Below, one piece after another: positions 26,321 through 38,375 of a stretch of DNA of 64,000 nt (the first letter of the stretch is position 1; each line of letters begins with the position of its first letter). Made by a program: the position numbers and the translations under genes. Source of the stretch: Anaeramoeba ignava BMAN (Eukaryota > Protista > Anaeramoebae); assembly GCA_028826165.1 (NCBI GenBank), contig JAPDFW010000065.1, forward strand, positions 124,001 through 188,000, written 5' to 3'. A model generated the notes under the pieces. That model had not been told where the DNA came from. It saw only the letters and a list, made by a program, of their open reading frames with translations, and did no database searches.

Positions 26321-28376
26321 ATGGATAATAATAATAATAATAACCAAATTGAAAATGCAAATCAAAATGAAAATGAAAATGAAATGAAAAATTTAGAAAA
26401 AAAAGTAACAAAAAATTTAATTAAAAATTATTCAAACCTTTTAAATGGAAATTCATTTAAAGATTTTTCAATTTTTGTTGAGAATAAATCAAATCCTTTT
26501 GAAATTAAAGTTCATAAATCAATTTTATCTTCAAGATCTCCTTTTTTTAATGAGTTTTTAAGAAGAAAAAACGATATTGATAAGATTTTTTTAAATCAAT
26601 TTAATAAAAAAGAAATGGAATCAATTTTAAGTTATATTTATTATGGAAATATTTCTTTTGAGAATCAAGAAAATCTTATTCAATTATTGGAAATTTCAAT
26701 TTATTTTAAATTAAATTTATTGAAAGAAATTATTCAAAAAAAAATTTCAAATTCAATTAATTATTCAAATTTTTTCCAATTTTTTTTCCAAAATCGAAAT
26801 TTAAAACTAAATGAAATTGAAATAAAATGTTTTGAATTAATAAATCAAAATTTTTCCCAAATTCAGAATAATGAGAATTTATTCAATTTAACTAAAGAAG
26901 AAATTATCAAATTTATTCAATTTAAACAAGAAAAAAAAGAAATTTTTCAATTTGATTTTTTTCAATTTTTGGATAATTGGATTAAAAAAAGGAATGAAAG
27001 ATTAAAAGGAAAGAAATATGAACACAAAATGAATGCAAAGAAAAGATTATTTCATTCTTTTTTTTCATTATTTGATAAAGATTCAATTTCAAAAAAAGAT
27101 TTTGATAAATTAAAACAATTTGATATTTTTCTTCCAAATTCTTTTTTAATTAATTTTGAAAGAACTATTTTTGAAATTAAAGATAAAGAAAAAGAAAAGA
27201 AAATTAAAGAAAATCAAACAAAAATTAAAAAAAAAGATAAGAAAATTGAAGAAAAAGAAAAGAAAATTAAAAGAAGAGATAAAAGAATTAAATCATTTCA
27301 ATCCGAAACTCAAAATTTAAAATCAGAAAATCAAGATTTGAAATTAGAAAATGAAAAGAATAAAAAAGAAAACAAAGAGATTCAAGAAAAACTCAAAAAA
27401 GAAAATAAAAAGAAAGATAAAATTCTCAAACAAAAAGATAAAGAAATCCAAAATCTTAAATTATCATTTGAGAAAGAAATTGAAAAAGAAAATCAAAAAG
27501 AAGAATCAAATCAAAATCAAAATCAAAATCAAAATCAAAATCAAAATCAAAATCAAAATCAAAAAGAAGAATCAAATCAAAAACAAAACCAAAATAAATT
27601 GTTAAAGATTTTTTCAGATTCAGAAATTATTAAAGATATTGAATATGTTAAGAAATTAAAAGAATGGATAAATGATAATGATTTTTTTTCTAAAATGAAA
27701 AAAGGATATTCAGCAAAAAGAGATGGATTTAATTGTAAAAATTGGCATTATATTTGTAATAATAAAGGAAAAGCATTAGTTATTATCAAAACAAAAGATA
27801 ATTTTATTTTTGGAGGATTTACTCAAGTTGGATTTACAAATGATAAATCAAAATGGAGAGAAGAAGATAGAAATGATAATTGGGGATTTATTCCAGATTC
27901 AAATGCATTTATTTTTTCATTAAGAAATGATAAAGAAGATAGAAACCCTGCAAAGTTTACAATTAAACAAGGAAAAGAAGAATATGCAATTTATTATCAT
28001 TTAAATGATGGTCCAACTTTTGGAAGTAAATATAAATAATTTATATTTAATAAATATTTATTATTATAATTAAAATAAAATTAATAAATAATACAAAATA
28101 TTAATATAATAAATAATATTATTATATCAATTTAAAATAAAATAAATTTTAAATTAAATTATTATTAATTATTATTAAAATTAATTATTTATCTTTATTA
28201 AAATATTTATAGGTGATATTCATTTAAAATTTGATTTACAATCTGGTCGTTCAAATTTTGGTAATAGTTATAATCTACCGAATGGAATTAAATATTATAC
28301 AAATGAAGCTCAAAGTTATTTAGCTGGTTCTTTTGATAAATGGGTTGTTGATGAACTTGAAACTTATTTCATTTAA
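26321..28376 (+). CDS. BTB/POZ-coiled-coil-TLDc protein (copy B); intron 28026-28212
   Basis: BTB: DFSIFV..IKVHKSILSSRSPFF..ILSYIYYG. TLDc is completed by exon 2: SDIHLKFDLQSGRSNFGNSYNLPNG..YLAGSFDKWVVDELETYFI*. Confidence 0.9.
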
Positions 28377-28864
28377 AAAATATTTTCCATTTTTTTTTCA
28401 AAATTCAATTCAATTTTAATTTACTTTCAATCAAATTAAATTCTTCAAATTAATAAAAAAGAAACAAATCCAATTTTAACAAATTTCAAATTAATTTAAA
28501 AATATGATTAAAAAGAATATTAAATTCAAATTTTTCTTTTCAAAAATATATAAAAATTGAAAATATAAATTAATTATTATTAATTGGAAAATATTTTATA
28601 AAATATAAAATAAGAAAAAAATCAATTAAAATTTATTATTAAAACTTATTAAAAATAAATTTTTATCTTTATTAAAATATTTCAAATTTTTTTTTGCAAG
28701 CTTATTAAATTATTGGGAATTATTTTATATTATTTTAAATAAAGAAAAATTGATAAAATATATAAAATAGAATTAATTTTAAATTTAATTATTTAATATT
28801 CTTTATTCCATTTTTGAAATAAAATTAATTAAAATATTTTATTAATTTTTTTCCAAAAATTTTT

Positions 28865-29880
28865 AATAATAAAATATTTAAATCTAAAACATTAAATTAT
28901 TATTTTAAACATAGAATTAAATATTAAATTATATTTTTAAATTAATTTATAAATTAAATATTAAATTAAATCTATTTTCATTTTTAATATTTATATGTTA
29001 AATATTTAAATAATAAAATATTTAAATCTAAAACATTAAATTATTATTTTAATAACAAATTTAAATATTAAATTATATTTTTAAATTAATTTATAAATTA
29101 AATATTAAATTAAATCTATTCTCATTTTTTTATATTTTTATGTTAAATATTTAAATAATAAAAATATTTAAATCTAAAACAATAAATTATTATTTTAATA
29201 ACAAATTTAAATATTAAATTATATTTTTAAATTAATTTATAAATTAAATATTAAATTAAACCTATTCCCATTTTTTATATTTATATGTTAAATAATTAAA
29301 TAATAAAATATTTAAATCTAAAACATTAAATTATTATTTTAATAATAAAATTAAATATTAAATTATATTTTTAAATTAATTTATAAATTAAATATTAAAT
29401 TAAATCTATTTTCATTTTTTATATTTATATGTTAAATATTTAAATAATAAAATATTTAAATCTAAAACATTAAATTATTATTTTAAACATAAAATTAAAT
29501 ATTAAATTATATTTTTGAATTAATTTATAAATTAAATATTAAATTAAATTTATTCTTATTTTTTATATTTATATGTTAAATATTTAAATAATAAAATATT
29601 TAAATCTAAAACAATAAATTATTATTTTAAACATAAAATTAAATATTAAATTATATTTTTAAATTAATATTAAATTAGATATTAAATTAAATCTATTTTC
29701 ATTTTTTATATTTATATGTTAAATATTTAAATAATAAAATATTTAAATCTAAAACAATAAATTATTATTTTAATAATAAAATTAAATATTAAATTATATT
29801 TTTAAATTAATTTATAAATTAAATATTAAATTAAATTTATTTTTCATTTTTTCATTTTTTTCATTTTTCACTTTTCAAAT
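28865..29880. repeat. Tandem array of the same ~145-bp unit in reverse orientation (~7 copies), right arm
   Basis: Anchor AATCTAAAAC at 28881, 29025, 29171, 29315, 29459, 29603 and 29746 is the reverse complement of the left-arm unit. Confidence 0.95.
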
Positions 29881-29922
29881 TTTTTTTGCTTTTTTAATTA
29901 ATTTCGAACTAAGAAAAAAAAA

Positions 29923-32154
29923 ATGAGTTATGAATATTTAAGTTCACGATTCAAAAACAACGAAACAGATCACACATTAGAAGCGATGTTAGGGAAAGAA
30001 AAGAACCAAGGAAGAAACGAACATCAAACAGTACGAAGTGGGAATTATCGGTGTTCTGGATGCAATAAGCTTATTGAAAGAGGAGAAATGGTTGAGTATG
30101 AAGGAAAATATTATCACCGACAGTGTGTGGATATAGATTTCCGATGCGAAAGATGCGGGGGCGTTGTGATTGGAAAAGTGGTTCGAACTTCAACTAGCAA
30201 AACATATCATCCTAAATGTTTCACTTGTGAACATTGTGGGCATAAACTTGCCCCCGAAGGAACTTATACTGAAAGAATGGGTCATTTACTTTGTAATGAT
30301 TGTGTTGTTGAGATTGAATCTTTTAAGAGAAATAATCCCCCAAGAAATAATCAACCTAATAAAAATAGAACTAATGTTGATCGTCAGAAACAAATTAGGG
30401 AAAGAGAACAGTTTTTGGATAATCAAAATCAGGGTAAAGAGATTTGTGGTGTTTGTGGTAAAGTTATTATGAAAGATGCTATTATTGCTTTGGATGTTTT
30501 TTTTCATAAAGAATGTTTTACTTGCAAAGGGTATTTTTATTCAACAAAAATTAAAATGAAAATTCATTTATAAAATTAAAATTCATTTATAAAATTAAAA
30601 TCCATTTATTAAATTAAAATTCATTTATAAATTAAAATTCATTTATAAAATTAAAATTCATTTATAAAATTAAAATTAAAATCCATTTATAAAATTAAAA
30701 TTAAAATTAAAATTAAAATTAAAATTAAAATTAAAATTAAAATTAAAATTAAAATTCAAAATTAAAATTAAAATTAAAATTAAAATTAAAATTAAAATCA
30801 ATATTAAAATTAAAATTAAAATTAAAATTAAAATTAAAATTAAAATTCAAATCCAAAATTAAATTCAAAATTAAAATTAAGATGTGGAAAACAATTTAAT
30901 GAAACTCAATTTCAAATGTATGATGGATTTCCTTATCATCCAGAATGTTATTCAAGAAAATATGGTAAATTTTGTGCTGGATGTAATAAGGAAATTGAAG
31001 GAAAATTTATAGTTGCATTAGGAAAAGATTGGCATCATGGTTGTTTTAGATGCACAAAGTAATTAAATAAAATATTAAATAAAATATTAAATAAAATATT
31101 AAATAAATTATTTCAAAATCGGATAAAAATTATTAAATAAAATATTAAATAAAATATTAAATAAAATATTAAATAAATTATTAAATAAAATATTAAATAA
31201 ATTATTAAAAAATAAAAAAATATTAAATATTAAATAAAATATTAAATAAAATATTAAATAAAATATTAAATAATATATTAAATAAAATATTAAATAAAAT
31301 ATTAAATAAATTATTAAATAAAATATTAAATAAAATATTAAATAAAATATTAAATAAAAATTAAATAAATATTAAATAAAAATATTAAATAAAATATTAA
31401 ATAAATTATTAAATAAAATATTAAATAAATTATTAAACAAAAATAAAATAAAATATTAAATAAAAATTAAATAATATATTAAATAAAATATTAAATAAAA
31501 TATTAAATAAAATATTAAATAAAATATTAAATAAAATATTAAATAAAATATTAAATAAAAATATTAAATAAAAATATTAAATAATATATTAAATAAAATA
31601 AATTATTAAAATAAATTATTTCAAAATCGGATAAAAATATTAAATAAAAATAAAATATTAAATAAAATATTAAATAAATTATTAAATAAAATTATTAAAT
31701 AATATATTAAATAAAATTATTAAATAAAATATTAAATAAAATATTAAATAAAATATTAAATAAATTATTAAATAAATTATTAAATAAAATATTAAATAAA
31801 AATATTAAAAATAAATAAATTATTAAATAAAATATTAAATAAAAATAAATAAATTATTAAATAAATTATTAAATAAAATATTAAATAAAATATTAAATAA
31901 ATTATTAAATAAATTATTTCAAAATCGGATAAAAAATTCTTTTGAAAATTCTTTTGAAAATTTATTTGAAAATTTATTTTGAAAATTTGAATAGATGTGG
32001 AGCAAGTTTTGGAGATGAAGGATTTTTAGAAAAAGATGGTAAACCGTACTGTGTTGATTGCTATCCAAAACAACCACAAAAAAAAGTTGTTACAACAACA
32101 AAAAGAAGAGGATTTGTAATTGATCCAAGAACAGGACAAAAAAGATATGTATAA
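29923..32154 (+). CDS. LIM-domain protein (paxillin-like; half LIM plus three LIMs), 3 exons
   Basis: CERCG..HPKCFTCEHC..CNDC; CGVCG..HKECFTCK-CG..HPEC; CAGCN..WHHGCFRCTK-CG..YCVDC. Middle exon ~30882-31058. Confidence 0.9.
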
Positions 32155-32246
32155 GAACAAAAGAAACAAGATTTTCTAAATGAAAAATTTTTTTTTTGAT
32201 TTTTTTTTTTTCATTTTTTTTTTCATTTTTTTTTTCATTTTTCAAA

Positions 32247-34604
32247 ATGAATCAATTACTTTCTTTGTTAATCATTTTATCTTTATTTTTTTCAACTCTT
32301 TCAATTTCAGAAAAGAAAGCCTTAAAAAAATTATTAGATCCAAACAGATTTCCATTTCAAACAGAAAAACCAACAAAAAAAACACCTTTTTTTTTTTATG
32401 AACCATTTTATAAAGAAGAAGTAAATGAATCAATAAACAAATGGATATTTCCAAGTTCAACAAACAAATCAACATTTCGAATCGACAAAACAGAACAAAA
32501 ACACCGAGTTTTAGACGATTATGCGCTTATATACACACCCCAAAATTTAGAGCCTCAAAAAATAATAAGAAAATTTGAAAAACCGTTTAATCCAAAAAAT
32601 AAAGGAATTATTTTTCAATTTGAAATGACAGTTCCTTATATAACTCCCTGTTCAAATGTGACATTTAAATTTTTGACTGAGCCAATTTCGAGCAATAAAA
32701 CAGACAATATTTCTTCTTGGGTCTTTTCTTTTGGTCCTGAAGTCTGTGGAAATCAAGCTCGAAAAACGAATATGAAAATTAGATTTTATTCACCAAAAGA
32801 AAAGAAATGGAAAATTGCCAAATTTAATCCAGGAATTTATCCGCGAATAGATGAATTGCCGCATTTATTCACGCTTATATTTGATGAGGATAATAATTTC
32901 TATCTTATTTTGGATCAAATTATTGAATATCGTGGAAATCTTGTGGAAGCCAATCCTGAATGGGAAGTAAAATTGGAATCAGATTTAAGATCAAAATATG
33001 AAAATAAATTTGAATCTGAAGTAGATGCGATATTGATACAAGAATTTCGAGGAAAATCAGAATTGAAATCAAAATTGGAATCAGAATTAAAATCAAAATT
33101 AAAATCAAAATTGGAATCAGAATTAAAATCAAAATTGGAATCAGAATTAAAATTAAATTCAGAATTAAATTCAGAATCAAAATTGGAATTGGAATCAAAA
33201 TTAAAATCAGAATTGGAATCGGAATTTGAATCACAACTAAAATCACAATTACAATCAGAATTCAACTTGCAAATGAGACCACAAATTGAGAAAGAATTAC
33301 GATCAAGATACAAATTGGAACTAGAATCAAAAATGGAATCATATTCAAATTTTGCGCCAAAAATACAAGAACCCAAAACAATACCCGATCCAAAATCAAC
33401 CAAACCAAAGAATTGGGATGATCGGGAAGAATTGATAATCGAGCCCAATTCACAACAAAAAAAGCTATACATAGATTCCCCAGATTATTTCATTCCCGAG
33501 AATTGGAATGAAGATATTCCAGAATTTATTCCTGATCCAACAAAGCAAAAACCAAGTGAATGGGTTGATAAAAGAGATGGAACTTGGAAGCAGCCCATGA
33601 TTCCAAACCCAGAATGCGCGAAGTATTCGGGATGCGGGAAACTCAAAGTTCCGGAGATCAGGAATAAGGATTATATGCCTGAACCAGTCAAAATCAAGAA
33701 CCCAAATTTCAACGGAACTTGGAATCCAAGTAGAATTCCGAATCCAAAATATTTCCGAAATGAACATCCTGTTGATGGACAAATTATTTATGGATTTGAA
33801 ATTGAAATTCAATCGCAAAATTTTCCGATTTACATCGACAATATTTTGCTGAGTTATTTTGATCATACAAGATATGCATTTGAAGAAGCACGAAATACAT
33901 GGGGTTTAAAAATGAAATCAAAGTGGGATTTTCTACTTGATTTTTATCAATTAAGATACAAAAGACGATATTTTCCTCGCGATTTTCTTTATACTCAAGA
34001 AGAAATTTTGAATAATCATCCATTTGAAGTCGAATTTTTTTTTATTGATTCTCCATCTTTTTCTTACACTTCTTTACTTAATGATTTTACTGATTTTTTA
34101 AGGTCTATCCCCCCAAAACTTAATTATTTCTTTGCACATCATTTGTATGAATATCTTGTTTCTTTGCTTGTTATTACACTCTCTATTTTGCTCTTTATTT
34201 TTAAAAAATTCCAAAAGGAAAAACAAACTGCTCAAAAAGAACTTCAATATGTTAAAATTATTAACCAATATTTCAAAGAACAAAAAGAAATTAATCAAAA
34301 ATCAAACCAAAAGAGAAAGAGAATTCCAAAAAAGATTGAAATTTTAAATGAAAAAAACAATGAAAATCAAAATGGAAATGAAAATGAAAATGAAAATGAA
34401 AATGAAAATCAAAATGAAAATGAAAATGAAAAAGAAAAAGAAAATGAAAATCAAAATCAAAATCAAAATGAAAATCAAAATGAAAATCAAAATGAAAATG
34501 AAAATCAAAATGAAAATCAAAATGAAAAAGAAAATCAAAATCAAAATCAAAATCAAAATCAAAATGAAAATCAAAATCAAAATCAAAATGAAAATCTAAA
34601 TTAA
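32247..34604 (+). CDS. Divergent calnexin-like type I membrane protein
   Basis: Signal peptide MNQLLSLLIILSLFFSTLS; FGPEVCG; HLFTLI; P-domain repeats IPDPKSTKPKNWD, IPDPTKQKPSEW..DGTWKQPMIPNPEC..GCG, IKNPNFNGTW..IPNPKYF; C-terminal TM helix and acidic tail. True ATG is 32247, after the initiator motif. Confidence 0.85.
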   Translation: MNQLLSLLIILSLFFSTLSISEKKALKKLLDPNRFPFQTEKPTKKTPFFFYEPFYKEEVNESINKWIFPSSTNKSTFRIDKTEQKHRVLDDYALIYTPQNLEPQKIIRKFEKPFNPKNKGIIFQFEMTVPYITPCSNVTFKFLTEPISSNKTDNISSWVFSFGPEVCGNQARKTNMKIRFYSPKEKKWKIAKFNPGIYPRIDELPHLFTLIFDEDNNFYLILDQIIEYRGNLVEANPEWEVKLESDLRSKYENKFESEVDAILIQEFRGKSELKSKLESELKSKLKSKLESELKSKLESELKLNSELNSESKLELESKLKSELESEFESQLKSQLQSEFNLQMRPQIEKELRSRYKLELESKMESYSNFAPKIQEPKTIPDPKSTKPKNWDDREELIIEPNSQQKKLYIDSPDYFIPENWNEDIPEFIPDPTKQKPSEWVDKRDGTWKQPMIPNPECAKYSGCGKLKVPEIRNKDYMPEPVKIKNPNFNGTWNPSRIPNPKYFRNEHPVDGQIIYGFEIEIQSQNFPIYIDNILLSYFDHTRYAFEEARNTWGLKMKSKWDFLLDFYQLRYKRRYFPRDFLYTQEEILNNHPFEVEFFFIDSPSFSYTSLLNDFTDFLRSIPPKLNYFFAHHLYEYLVSLLVITLSILLFIFKKFQKEKQTAQKELQYVKIINQYFKEQKEINQKSNQKRKRIPKKIEILNEKNNENQNGNENENENENENQNENENEKEKENENQNQNQNENQNENQNENENQNENQNEKENQNQNQNQNQNENQNQNQNENLN

Positions 34605-35760
34605 AATCAAAATCAAAATCAAATTAAAATCAAATTGAAAATGAAAATCAAAATCAAAATCAAAATCAAAATCAAAATTAAAATCAAAATCAAAATTAAA
34701 ATCAAAATCAAAATCAAAATCAAAATGAAAATTGAAAATCAAAATCAAAATTAAAATCAAAATCAAAATTAAAATCAAAATCAAAATTAAAATCAAAATT
34801 AAAATCAAAATCAAAATTAAAATCAAAATCAAAATCAAAATCAAAATGAAAATTGAAAATCAAAATCAATTTATAAACCAAAATCAAAATTAAAATCAAA
34901 ATCAAAATTAAAATCAAAATTAAAATCAAAATCAAAATTAAAATCAAAATCAAAATCAAAATCAAAATGAAAATTGAAAATCAAAATCAAAATTAAAATC
35001 AAAATCAAAATTAAAATCAAAATCAAAATTAAAATCAAAATTAAAATCAAAATCAAAATTAAAATCAAAATCAAAATCAAAATCTAAATCAAAATCAAAA
35101 TTAAAATCAAATTGAAAATCAAAATTAAATTGAAAATTAAAATCAAAATCAAAATCAAATTCAAATTCAAAATCAAAATCAAATTCAAAATCAAAATGAA
35201 AATCAAAATCAAAATCAAAATCAAAATCAAAATCAAAATCAAAATGAAAATGAAAATGAAAATGAAAATGAAAATGAAAAAGAAAATCAAAATGAAAATC
35301 AAAATCAAAATGAAAATCAAAATCAAAATCAAATTGAAAATCAAAATCAAAATCAAAATGAAAATCAAAATCAAATTGAAAATTAAAATCAAAATAAAAA
35401 TCAAAATCAAAATCAAAATCAAAATGAAAATCAAAATCAAAATGAAAATCAAAATCAAAATCAAAATCAAAATCAAAATGAAAATCAAAATCAAAATCAA
35501 AATTAAAATCAAAATCTAAATTAAATTAAAATCAAATTGAAAATCAAAATTAAAATCAAAATTAAAATCAAAATCAAAATTAAAATCAAAATGAAAATCA
35601 AAATCAAAATGAAAATTAAAATTGAAAATTAAAATCAAAATCAAATTCAAAATTAAAATCAAAATCTAAATTAAATTAAAATCAAAATGAAAATCAAAAT
35701 TAAAATCAAAATTAAAATCAAAATGAAAATCTAAATTAAAATCAAAATGAAAATCAAAAT
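34605..35760. repeat. (AAAATC/AAAATT/AAAATG)n hexamer satellite
   Basis: Continues the NQ/NE coding repeat of the calnexin tail into intergenic DNA. Confidence 0.9.
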
Positions 35761-35870
35761 TTTCTCTTTTAAAAGGAAATAAAATTTTACAAAATTATTT
35801 TTTTCATTTTTTTCCTTTTATTTTTAAATTAAATTAAATTGAATTAAATTTATTAAATTTATTTATTAAA

Positions 35871-36557
35871 ATGTTGATTTATATTCGAAGTTTAACTGGT
35901 CAAATAATAACACTTGAAGTTGAATTAAGTGATACAATTAAAGAAATTAAAGAAAAAGTTGGAGAAAAACAAGATTGGGATCCAGATTGTTTATTATTAA
36001 TTTTTGCAGGAAAATTTTTAGAAAATGGAAAAACTCTTAATGATTATAATATTCGAAATGAATGCAATATTCATGCTATTCAATTTCTTGATAAAATTGT
36101 TTATATTACTATTTTTCATCCAATTAGAAAAGTTTCATTGCTTATTCGAAATACTTCCAAACAAAATTCACAAATTCCAGTTTTTGAAAATACACTTCAA
36201 GATATTTTAACAAAAATATCAAAAATGAAATATGAAATTGAAGGAACAAGTTTAATTTATGAAGGAAAAAGACTTGAATATAATAAAAAATTATCTTATT
36301 ATCAAAATTCAAATGAAAATCCTTCACTTAATATTTTTACATTAATTAAAGTTAATATTAAAAAATTAAACCAAGAAAATAAATATTATTATGTTTCTCC
36401 TGATGAATCAATTAAAGATTTAAAAATCCAAATTGAAAAAGTTGAAAATATTCCAAATCAAAATCAAATTTTATTATTTAATAATGAAATTTTAGAAAAT
36501 GAAAAACAATTTAATTATTTTATTCAAACAAAAAGAAGATTATGGGAAAATTATTAA
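35871..36557 (+). CDS. Tri-ubiquitin-like protein, copy 1 (extra A near 36530 alters the C-terminus)
   Basis: UBL1 aligns without gaps to ubiquitin (ITLEVE.SDTI..K.K..LIFAGK.LE.G.TL.DYNI). UBL2 has LIYEGKRLE..LSYY. UBL3 has VSPDESIKDLKIQIEKVENIP..Q.LLF. No Gly-Gly. Confidence 0.85.
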   Translation: MLIYIRSLTGQIITLEVELSDTIKEIKEKVGEKQDWDPDCLLLIFAGKFLENGKTLNDYNIRNECNIHAIQFLDKIVYITIFHPIRKVSLLIRNTSKQNSQIPVFENTLQDILTKISKMKYEIEGTSLIYEGKRLEYNKKLSYYQNSNENPSLNIFTLIKVNIKKLNQENKYYYVSPDESIKDLKIQIEKVENIPNQNQILLFNNEILENEKQFNYFIQTKRRLWENY

Positions 36558-36714
36558 TTTATTTCTTAAATTTTAATTTCTAATTTTCTTTTCCAAAAAT
36601 TCAAAAATTAAATTTTTCATTTTTTTATTTTCATTTTTTTCCTTTTATTTTTTAAATTAAATTGAATTAAATTGAATTAAATTGAATTAAATTAAATTAA
36701 ATTTATTTATTAAA

Positions 36715-37419
36715 ATGTGGCTTTATATTCGAACTTTATTTGGTCAAACAATAACACTTGAAGTTGAATCAAGTGATACAATTAAAGAAATTAAAGAAAA
36801 AATTGGAGAAAAACAAGATTGGGATCCAGATTGTTTAATATTAATTTTTACAGGAAAATTTTTAGAAAATGAAAAAACTCTTAATGATTATAATATTAGA
36901 CATGATTATACTATTCATGTTATTCAATCTCTTGATAAAATTGTTTATATTACTATTTTTCATCCAATTAGAAAAGTTTCATTGCTTATTAGAGGTATTT
37001 TCAATCCAAATACACAAATTCCAGTTTTTGAAAATACACTTCAAGATATTTTAACAAAAATATCAAAAAGTAAATATGAAATTGAAGGAACAAGTTTAAT
37101 TTATGAAGGAAAAAGACTTGAATATAATAAAAAATTATCTTATTATCAAAAATCAAATGAAAATCCTTCACTTGATATTTTTTCATTAATTAAAGTTAAT
37201 ATTAAAAAATTAAACCAAGAAAATAAATATTATTATGTTTCTCCTAATGAATCAATTAAAGATTTAAAAATCCAAATTGAAAAAGTTGAAAATATTCCAA
37301 ATCAAAATCAAATTTTATTATTTAATAATGAAATTTTAGAAAATGAAAAACAATTTAATCATTTTATTCAAACAAAAGAAGATTATGGGAAAATTATTAA
37401 TTTATTTCTTAAATTTTAA
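36715..37419 (+). CDS. Tri-ubiquitin-like protein, copy 2
   Basis: 234 aa, intronless, three UBL repeats, ends INLFLKF. Confidence 0.9.
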   Translation: MWLYIRTLFGQTITLEVESSDTIKEIKEKIGEKQDWDPDCLILIFTGKFLENEKTLNDYNIRHDYTIHVIQSLDKIVYITIFHPIRKVSLLIRGIFNPNTQIPVFENTLQDILTKISKSKYEIEGTSLIYEGKRLEYNKKLSYYQKSNENPSLDIFSLIKVNIKKLNQENKYYYVSPNESIKDLKIQIEKVENIPNQNQILLFNNEILENEKQFNHFIQTKEDYGKIINLFLKF

Positions 37420-37536
37420 TTTCTAATTTTCTTTTCCAAAAAATTCAAAAATTAAATTTTTCATTTTTATTTTCATTTTTTTCCTTTTATTTTTTAAATT
37501 AAATTGAATTAAATTAAATTAAATTTATTTATTAAA

Positions 37537-38241
37537 ATGTGGCTTTATATTCGAACTTTATTTGGTCAAACAATAACACTTGAAGTTGAATCAAGTGATA
37601 CAATTAAAGAAATTAAAGAAAAAATTGGAGAAAAACAAGATTGGGATCCAGATTGTTTAATATTAATTTTTACAGGAAAATTTTTAGAAAATGAAAAAAC
37701 TCTTAATGATTATAATATTAGACATGATTACACTATTCATGTTATTCAATCTCTTGATAAAATTGTTTATATTACTATTTTTCATCCAATTAGAAAAGTT
37801 TCATTGCTTATTAGAGGTATTTTCAATCCAAATACACAAATTCCAGTTTTTGAAAATACACTTCAAGATATTTTAACAAAAATATCTAAAAGTAAATATG
37901 AAATTGAAGGAACAAGTTTAATTTATGAAGGAAAAAGACTTGAATATAATAAAAAATTATCTTATTATCAAAATTCAAATGAAAATCCTTCACTTAATAT
38001 TTTTTCATTAATTAAAGTTAATATTAAAAAATTAAACCAAGAAAATAAATATTATTATGTTTCTCCTAATGAATCAATTCAAGATTTAAAAATCCAAATT
38101 GAAAAAGTTGAAAATATTCCAAATCAAAATCAAATATTATTATTTAATAATGAAATTTTAGAAAATGAAAAACAATTTAATCATTTTATTCAAACAAAAG
38201 AAGATTATGGGAAAATTATTAATTTATTTCTTAAATTTTAA
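37537..38241 (+). CDS. Tri-ubiquitin-like protein, copy 3 (near-identical to copy 2)
   Basis: 234 aa. The N-terminal half is identical to copy 2 in protein sequence. Confidence 0.9.
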   Translation: MWLYIRTLFGQTITLEVESSDTIKEIKEKIGEKQDWDPDCLILIFTGKFLENEKTLNDYNIRHDYTIHVIQSLDKIVYITIFHPIRKVSLLIRGIFNPNTQIPVFENTLQDILTKISKSKYEIEGTSLIYEGKRLEYNKKLSYYQNSNENPSLNIFSLIKVNIKKLNQENKYYYVSPNESIQDLKIQIEKVENIPNQNQILLFNNEILENEKQFNHFIQTKEDYGKIINLFLKF

Positions 38242-38375
38242 TTTCTAATTTTCTTTTCCAAAAATTCAAAAATTAAATTTTTCATTTTTTTATTTTCATT
38301 TTTTTCCTTTTATTTTTTAAATTAAATTGAATTAAATTGAATTAAATTGAATTAAATTGAATTAAATTTATTAAA

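Noticed and set aside
13081-29880. CRISPR-like interpretation of the 142- and 145-bp arrays
   Set aside because: Units are repeated along their whole length with no unique spacers. No cas genes are present and the context is eukaryotic.
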